In this document: piece after piece, positions 26,476 to 32,000 of the stretch | Position numbering within the stretch: the stretch's first letter is position 1 | Layout of the letters: each line of letters opens with the position of its first letter | NCBI RefSeq assembly: GCF_021054785.1 | Contig: NZ_CP088239.1 | Coordinates: 1,410,001-1,442,000 of the forward strand | Direction of reading: 5' to 3' | Origin: Tannockella kyphosi | Lineage (GTDB): Bacteria > Bacillota_I > Bacilli_A > Erysipelotrichales > Coprobacillaceae | Length of the DNA stretch: 32,000 nt | The notes under the pieces: generated by a model | What the model saw: only the letters and a program-made list of their open reading frames with translations | What the model was told of the DNA's origin: nothing | The model's database searches: none | Translations under genes and position numbers: made by a program

Positions 26476-27203
26476 TATAATTTCCCCTCTATATAAATAT
26501 TTTCAAACAAATCATCTTGAATAATTTCTATTTCATTATCTTTCGCTAATACTAATAAAGAAATAAAAGTTACTACAAAATAGAAACGATCTGTTCGATC
26601 AAATAATTCACTCATTTCTACTCTTTTATTTACTCTTGTTTTAAAATAATCCCTTATTTGTAATGTTCTTTCATCAACACTAATATCTTTTCTAGTAATA
26701 TGTGTATCTAAAGGCTTTGATAAGAGTTTTCTTTGAAACATTTTTTGCATTGCTTTCATTAAGTCATACACTTCTAAATTATCTGGTATCATTGTTGAAC
26801 TATCTACCACATATTCATCCATATTTTCACTAGGCTTTACAATAAATGTTTGACGATAAAGATATTTTTCACGAATTTCATCTAGTACATCTTTGTATCG
26901 TTTGTATTCAATTAAACGACGGATTAAGGCTGTTCTAGGATCTTCTTGATAATCATCTTGAATGTTGACTACTTCTTTTGGTAATAACATTTTACTTTTC
27001 ATTTCTATTAAGTCTGCAGCCATTACTAAATATTCAGACATCACTTCAAGATTCGTTGAGTCCATACATTGAATATACGTTAAATACTGTTCTGTAATAA
27101 CTGATAGTTCAATATTTTCTAATTGTAATTCATGTTCCTTTACTAGATGTAATAACAAATCTAAAGGTCCTTGAAAATCTTCTAATACTACGTTATATTC
27201 CAT
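26475..27203 (-). CDS. scpA: Segregation and condensation protein A
   Basis: 242 aa. It has the FQGPLDLLLHLVKEHELQLENI N-terminal kleisin motif and is paired with scpB. Confidence 0.9.
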   Translation of the reverse strand: MEYNVVLEDFQGPLDLLLHLVKEHELQLENIELSVITEQYLTYIQCMDSTNLEVMSEYLVMAADLIEMKSKMLLPKEVVNIQDDYQEDPRTALIRRLIEYKRYKDVLDEIREKYLYRQTFIVKPSENMDEYVVDSSTMIPDNLEVYDLMKAMQKMFQRKLLSKPLDTHITRKDISVDERTLQIRDYFKTRVNKRVEMSELFDRTDRFYFVVTFISLLVLAKDNEIEIIQDDLFENIYIEGKL

Positions 27204-27266
27204 GTCTTTTCACCCCACGACATTATAGCACAATTTATAAAAAATGTCTTTAAAATCAAGATTGTT

Positions 27267-28523
27267 TTACTTAGGTTTACGGATTAAATGCTTGATAAAA
27301 GCTTTGTTATTAAATGGAATAAGTGGGTATAAATAACCATGACCAAAAGGACGTAAGGATAACAAATAGAAAAATAAAATAACAAAATAAGTTATCATTC
27401 CTGCTTCTCTAAAGAAATAAAAAACTATCACTCCTAACATCCGAATATACTTATTCGTTAATGATAATTCATAACTAGGATTCGCAAATCCTGATATATT
27501 ACTAATGGCACTTACTAATAAAACTTCTTCACTAAACATTCCCAAATTGATAGCAAATTGTCCAAGTAAAATAGCTGCTACAACACCCATTGCATTTGAT
27601 AAAGACGTAGGTGTATGAATCGTAGCAAGTCGTAATAATTCAATCGCTACATCTACTATAAACACCTGAATAATTAAAAGATTAGTAACATCTGTATGAA
27701 AGAACCATATTGGTATCATAAAAACAGATAAAAATACTGCAAAATAGCGTAACAATCGAACACTAGTACCAATAATAGGAGCTTGTCGATATTCTTCTAC
27801 ATTTTCTAATAATTCAAACAAAGTAGTTGGTAACATAATAACAGAACTAGAAGTATCCACAATCACCGCTAAATAACCATGGACAATATGAGTTGCAACT
27901 ACATCTGGTCTTTCACTATATCGAACTAATGGAAAAGGATTATATCCTTGATCCATAATTAGTTCTTCTATAGCTCGATCACTCATAATAAAATCATTTG
28001 CTTTGATTTTAGAAATTCTAGATTTTACTTGTTTTAATAAATCAGCTTCTATTTTATCTTCTAAATAACATAAACAAATATCTATTTTATTCGTACTACC
28101 AATTGTTTCCACCATACAAAGAAAAGTAGGTGATTTAATTCTTCTACGTAATAAGGCTACATTTACAACTAAGTTTTCATTAAAACCATCCTTTGCCCCA
28201 CGAACACTTTTTTCAGTTTCTGGTTCTTGAATACTACGACTTGGAAAGTTACGCATTTCTAGGACATAGCTTAATTTTTTATAAAAGAGGACACAGCACC
28301 CTGAATATAGTGCATATTCTAGTTTATTTGTATCCATTTGTAAGGAAACATCGCCATTATTCAAACAATCTAAAAAGTCCTTCCCCTTATCTTCTACTAT
28401 TCCATGAACTAAATAAGCAATTAAATCTTCTTTACACAAGCTAGATAAAAAATAAATAGTTACGATTTCTCCTCGATAATCTATAACTCTTTTTTTACAA
28501 TCAAAAGATGGATTTTCAATCAT
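27267..28523 (-). CDS. spoVAF: Stage V sporulation protein AF (GerA-family membrane protein)
   Basis: 418 aa. It has the GerA-type segment PETEKSVRGAKDGFNENLVVNVALLRRRI followed by a C-terminal multi-helix membrane domain. It is the last gene of the spoVA cluster, with a 4-nt overlap with spoVAE. Confidence 0.7.
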   Translation of the reverse strand: MIENPSFDCKKRVIDYRGEIVTIYFLSSLCKEDLIAYLVHGIVEDKGKDFLDCLNNGDVSLQMDTNKLEYALYSGCCVLFYKKLSYVLEMRNFPSRSIQEPETEKSVRGAKDGFNENLVVNVALLRRRIKSPTFLCMVETIGSTNKIDICLCYLEDKIEADLLKQVKSRISKIKANDFIMSDRAIEELIMDQGYNPFPLVRYSERPDVVATHIVHGYLAVIVDTSSSVIMLPTTLFELLENVEEYRQAPIIGTSVRLLRYFAVFLSVFMIPIWFFHTDVTNLLIIQVFIVDVAIELLRLATIHTPTSLSNAMGVVAAILLGQFAINLGMFSEEVLLVSAISNISGFANPSYELSLTNKYIRMLGVIVFYFFREAGMITYFVILFFYLLSLRPFGHGYLYPLIPFNNKAFIKHLIRKPK

Positions 28524-28870
28524 GATTTAGGCCTACTAAATAACGCTACTAAAAAAGCAAAAACAATCGCACTTGTAATTCCAGCTGCTGTTAAATCAAA
28601 CATTCCTAGTGCTAATCCAAAGATTCCAAATTCATCCGTAGCTTCCATGGCTCCATGCATTAAAGAATGACCAAAACTAGTAATAGGTAACAATGCTCCT
28701 GCATGAAAAATAGAAACTAGTGTATCATATATATTAAAAAAATCCAATACTGCCCCTACTATAACAAAATAACAAATAATATGCCCTGGTGTTAAATTAC
28801 TATGATCATAAATAACTTGTGCTACCAAACAAACAAAACCACAAAATACAAACGCTAATAGATAATTCAT
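28520..28870 (-). CDS. spoVAE: Stage V sporulation protein AE (SpoVAEB-like)
   Basis: 116 aa, hydrophobic. LTPGHI...LPITSFGHSL...ITSAIVFAFLVALFSRPK parallels B. subtilis SpoVAEB as I recall it. Confidence 0.8.
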   Translation of the reverse strand: MNYLLAFVFCGFVCLVAQVIYDHSNLTPGHIICYFVIVGAVLDFFNIYDTLVSIFHAGALLPITSFGHSLMHGAMEATDEFGIFGLALGMFDLTAAGITSAIVFAFLVALFSRPKS

Positions 28871-29871
28871 TGTGTTACCTCCAAACTAAAAGCATGACAA
28901 ATACAAGGAATACTTTGTTTTTGATTTGTCATTATTGGGTTTAATAATGCTCCTGTTGGTAAAACTAATATCTTTTGATAGCTTCCTTGTAGTAACTTTT
29001 GGTATAAATACCCAAAAGTTACTAAGGCACTACAGGTTGGTCCGCTACCACCTTGAAATACAACTTGTGTTGTTTCATAAAGTAAACAACCACAATCATG
29101 ATATTGCTTTGCTTTCATTCCATCTCTATCCATTAAAACTTCCATAATATTTTTTCCATAATTTGATAAATCACCAGTAACAATTAAATCATAATAATCA
29201 GCACTACGATTTAAATCCTTTAAATGATTCTTTAAAGTATCAAAAGCACTAGGAGCCATTGCTTTACCCATATCATTAGGATTTGTTTGTAACATATCAA
29301 TAACCCTACCCATTGTAATAGCCCCTATACGGACCTTTGTAGGGCTATTAGTAAGTAATACACTAACTGCACCTGTTGCTGTAAATGTTGTGGTAATAGG
29401 CTTTTGAATACCATATTCATTAGGATAACGAAACTGTCTTTCAGCACATGCATTATGACTTGAAACCATTACTAAAATACGTTCCATTGATTTATTTTCT
29501 AAGAATAAACTTGCTTGTTGGATACCTTGTCCCATGGTTGCACAAGCACTATAGATTCCATATAGTGGTCTTTTTATTCTTTTACAAAAGTAATTGATAG
29601 CAGTAATTTGATTATTCAAATCTCCACCAATAAATAAATCAATATCATCTTGCTTTATCTTTGCTTTTTGCATCACAATATCACAAGCATCATCTAACAT
29701 CGCAATCTCAGCTAATTCATAGCTATCTTTTCCTAAATAATGATCATGATAAACAATATCAAAATAATTACCAATTGGTCCTTGACCTTCTATCTTTCCA
29801 GCACTAGTTGCTACTTTTTCCACATATACATTTTCTAACAAAAAAGAATTACCAGAAATACGACAAGACAT
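28867..29871 (-). CDS. spoVAD: Stage V sporulation protein AD (thiolase-fold DPA-binding subunit)
   Basis: 334 aa, with a position between spoVAC and spoVAE typical of the conserved spoVAC-AD-AE core. It has thiolase-like Gly/Ala-rich segments. The start overlaps spoVAC by 23 nt and may be slightly downstream. Confidence 0.8.
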   Translation of the reverse strand: MSCRISGNSFLLENVYVEKVATSAGKIEGQGPIGNYFDIVYHDHYLGKDSYELAEIAMLDDACDIVMQKAKIKQDDIDLFIGGDLNNQITAINYFCKRIKRPLYGIYSACATMGQGIQQASLFLENKSMERILVMVSSHNACAERQFRYPNEYGIQKPITTTFTATGAVSVLLTNSPTKVRIGAITMGRVIDMLQTNPNDMGKAMAPSAFDTLKNHLKDLNRSADYYDLIVTGDLSNYGKNIMEVLMDRDGMKAKQYHDCGCLLYETTQVVFQGGSGPTCSALVTFGYLYQKLLQGSYQKILVLPTGALLNPIMTNQKQSIPCICHAFSLEVTQ

Positions 29872-30292
29872 AACGAATTCCTCCTAACACAAAAGAACTA
29901 ACAATACCAAAGGTAATAACAGTTCCTCCTAGTTTAAACACACCTGCACCAATACCTAGAACTATTCCTTCACTTCTTCCTTCCATTGCACTAGCAGTCA
30001 TGCTATTAGCAAAGCCAGTAATAGGAATAAATGAACCTGCTCCTGCAATAGCACCCAACTTGTCATATACTCCTAATCCTGTTAATACACAAGCTAAAAA
30101 TACCATGGTCACTACCATATAGGGTGTTGCATCTGTTTCACTAATCATAAAGATAGTTTGGTACAATTCTAGAAAGAATTGTCCAATAGCTCCTATTACA
30201 CCTCCTACTAAAAAAGCAATTCCAGCATTTTTCTTTTTATTCACTTTTGGACTTAAACTATTTGCGATTTTTTCATAATCTTCTTTATTCAT
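29849..30292 (-). CDS. spoVAC: Stage V sporulation protein AC
   Basis: 147 aa. GLGVYDKLGAIAGAGSFIPITGFANSMTASAMEGRSEGIVLGIG closely matches B. subtilis SpoVAC as I recall it. GAGGTGA RBS upstream. Confidence 0.85.
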   Translation of the reverse strand: MNKEDYEKIANSLSPKVNKKKNAGIAFLVGGVIGAIGQFFLELYQTIFMISETDATPYMVVTMVFLACVLTGLGVYDKLGAIAGAGSFIPITGFANSMTASAMEGRSEGIVLGIGAGVFKLGGTVITFGIVSSFVLGGIRYVLSYFW

Positions 30293-30346
30293 TATTTCAC
30301 CTCGGTTTTATTTTTACCAAGGATTCATTCTTTAAACAAAAAAATC

Positions 30347-31141
30347 TTACAGTTTATGTAAGATTTTATATAATTTATAACCAACAAATATATCTATTGG
30401 AATCATAAAACAAGCTTTTAATACACGTATAAATACAGAAAGGAAAAAAGGTATTCCATACATGATATCTAACCATAAAGGTGTTAAAGTCATTGTAACA
30501 ATTAATTCTACTAACAATACAACTGTTAACCATGAACTAAAAGCATGTATTTCTTCTTGTGATAATTGATGTTCTTTTTTATGTAAAGCATAGAAAATAA
30601 AGATTATAAAAATTACTAATATGATAATAATGATTATTTTATATTTCATGAACATCGTAAATTCTACTCCAGATACTTCAATTGTACCAATTGATAAGAA
30701 ATAAGTAGATGTTACTATTACTAATGCTACTAAAATTGTTTTTAAAATACCAATCGGTATCATAAAGCTTTTTTCTTTTTGGTGATGCATCCAAATAGAT
30801 GGTATTAATATTTGGATAACAGAGTTTAAGGTGAATCCTAAAAAAGGAAATCCACTAGGAACAACTAATAATCCTCCAAAATCAATAACCAATGCACATA
30901 AATAAGCATATCCTGGAGGAATAATGGCTCCTACTAACATAATTGATAATGTCTCAAAACCTATTTGAAAGCTTTCTAAACCAAACAATGGTATCATAAT
31001 AGATAATCGATTCATAATAATAACAATAATAACAAATAAGCCACAACGACTTAACATCTTAACATCCTTTTTTAAAGGATATTTCTTTAATACTATAACC
31101 CCTATTAATAATAAAATAATTCCCAAAATTATTTGAATCAT
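30347..31141 (-). CDS. Polytopic membrane protein whose N-terminal half resembles an ECF-transporter folate S component (FolT-like)
   Basis: 264 aa. The segment SIMLVGAIIPPGYAYLCALVIDFGGLLVVPSGFPFLGFTLNSVIQ resembles S-component helices, and it sits directly downstream of folC. An alternative start at Met29 has a better RBS (AAGGA). Confidence 0.4.
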   Translation of the reverse strand: MIQIILGIILLLIGVIVLKKYPLKKDVKMLSRCGLFVIIVIIMNRLSIMIPLFGLESFQIGFETLSIMLVGAIIPPGYAYLCALVIDFGGLLVVPSGFPFLGFTLNSVIQILIPSIWMHHQKEKSFMIPIGILKTILVALVIVTSTYFLSIGTIEVSGVEFTMFMKYKIIIIIILVIFIIFIFYALHKKEHQLSQEEIHAFSSWLTVVLLVELIVTMTLTPLWLDIMYGIPFFLSVFIRVLKACFMIPIDIFVGYKLYKILHKL

Positions 31142-31229
31142 ATTCTTCTTTGCTACTACAACTTTCCTGCTTCATCCTCTTTACTAGTCCACAGGCGTTA
31201 ATTCCGATCAATGACCGTACATTTTGTTG

Positions 31230-32000
31230 TTATTTAGTGTAGACTCCTCCTCTTTCTAATATATAAGCACGAACTAATGAAATAAATGCTAAGGATCCGG
31301 TAATATAAATACGATCCTTTGTTTTAATTAAATCTTCTATTGCTTGTTTCCAACAAGCTTCTTTAGGACAAGAACTAGGATAGTCCTCTAAACTAGCGGC
31401 TCTAGGATGATCAAATGTAGTTAATATAATATCATCACTAAAGCTTCTTAACTGTTCTAACATACTTGTAATATCTTTATCTTTAAAAGCACTAAACAAG
31501 ATAGTTCCTTTTCCATAGTATTGAGCACTTTCAATAAACATCTTGATACCAGCATCATTATGAGCACCATCTATAATAATAATTGGTTTATCCATTACTT
31601 GCTCAAATCTACCAGGCCAATTAGCCTCATAAATAGCTTTTTCAACATCTTCTTTTTTACAAGGATATTTTGTTTGTAAATAATAAATAACTTCCAAAGC
31701 TAAGGAACTATTTAATTTTTGATAAGTGCCTAAGGCACTTAATTGAATATTATAATCACGATACTGATAACTATTTTGAGTGACATTTTTTAATTCTTGA
31801 ACATGTAATAAGAAAGCATCTTGTTGTTTACAACAATCTCTAATAACTTTGATACATTCTTGTTTTGTTTCACCTATGATACAAGGCGTATTTTTTTTAA
31901 TAATACCTGCTTTTTCTTTTGCAATCGATGATAATGTATTACCTAAGAAATCAACATGATCAATAGAAATATTAGTAATAATACTAACTAGTGGCTTTAC
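31230..32000 (-). CDS. folC: Folylpolyglutamate synthase / dihydrofolate synthase, C-terminal part (5' end outside the window)
   Basis: The track ORF (155 aa) contains IIIDGAHNDAG and the Mur-ligase C-terminal domain. Its M is a TTG, the first start-like codon in a frame that stays open upstream. My by-eye translation to the window edge gives ...ITNISIDHVDFLGNTLSSIAKEKAGIIKK..., typical FolC central-domain motifs. Confidence 0.8.
   Translation of the reverse strand, partial: VKPLVSIITNISIDHVDFLGNTLSSIAKEKAGIIKKNTPCIIGETKQECIKVIRDCCKQQDAFLLHVQELKNVTQNSYQYRDYNIQLSALGTYQKLNSSLALEVIYYLQTKYPCKKEDVEKAIYEANWPGRFEQVMDKPIIIIDGAHNDAGIKMFIESAQYYGKGTILFSAFKDKDITSMLEQLRSFSDDIILTTFDHPRAASLEDYPSSCPKEACWKQAIEDLIKTKDRIYITGSLAFISLVRAYILERGGVYTK

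Noticed and set aside
2441-29147. Short ORFs nested inside larger minus-strand genes. Most are antisense on the plus strand: 2441-2662, 8895-9134, 10019-10300, 10667-10852, 13226-13414, 18033-18221, 20478-20705, 28193-28444, 28926-29147. One is same-strand but out of frame: 13740-13976 inside cas9.
   Set aside because: All lie wholly within well-supported genes, have low-complexity AT-rich-codon composition and lack RBSs. They are typical spurious ORFs in AT-rich DNA.
30293-30346. Forespore-type (sigma-F/G) promoter upstream of spoVAC, based on GGTAAAAATA.
   Set aside because: Only the -10-like element fits. There is no acceptable -35 box at the right spacing, so it is mentioned in a finding but not listed as a feature.
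31142-31229. Possible THF riboswitch between folC and the FolT-like gene.
   Set aside because: The 88-nt spacer shows only small hairpins, no expression platform, and no convincing match to the THF-I core as I remember it. I cannot support it without a covariance-model search.
31670-31930. My by-eye translation of folC seemed to need one-base frame adjustments near 31680 and near 31920, which would imply frameshifts or a pseudogene.
   Set aside because: The supplied ORF track reads straight through 31680 in one frame. Both spots are homopolymer runs at line or block boundaries, where counting by eye is unreliable. I therefore do not call a pseudogene. A programmatic translation of 31230-32000 would settle it.

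Overview
AT-rich, Firmicute-like chromosomal segment, probably from a spore-former because a spoVA operon is present. All 25 protein-coding genes I can support lie on the minus strand. The main accessory feature is a complete type II-A CRISPR-Cas9 locus. It consists of cas9-cas1-cas2-csn2 (14019 down to 8208), a 54-bp leader, and an array of 62 repeats and 61 spacers (8153 down to 4094). The 36-bp repeat in transcribed sense is GTTTTAGAGTAGTGTGATTTTGAATGGTAGTAAAAC. A tracrRNA gene (about 14056-14158) abuts the cas9 start codon head-to-head and is the only convincing plus-strand element in the window. Left of the array are a heterodimeric ABC exporter pair with one degenerate ATP site and the 5' end of a Fic-family gene. 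Right of cas9 is an ABC-2 ATPase/permease pair, followed by a 780-bp non-coding gap. That gap holds two tandem ~225-bp direct repeats, each of which looks like a self-contained promoter, ~170-nt structured RNA and terminator. I could not assign this RNA to a known family, and it is the least explained element here. The remaining genes look like housekeeping or sporulation functions: a PBP5-type D,D-carboxypeptidase, a 180-aa orphan, three tandem Cof-type HAD phosphatases, an NADP-type secondary alcohol dehydrogenase, a PAS-GGDEF-GAF protein, a DUF5662-like gene, scpB, scpA, spoVAF-AE-AD-AC, a FolT-like membrane protein and a partial folC. Everything was read by eye. No database search, RNA folding or statistics were run, so family names rest on recognised motifs and recalled homologues. 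Hand-derived coordinates of small elements may be off by 1-3 nt.
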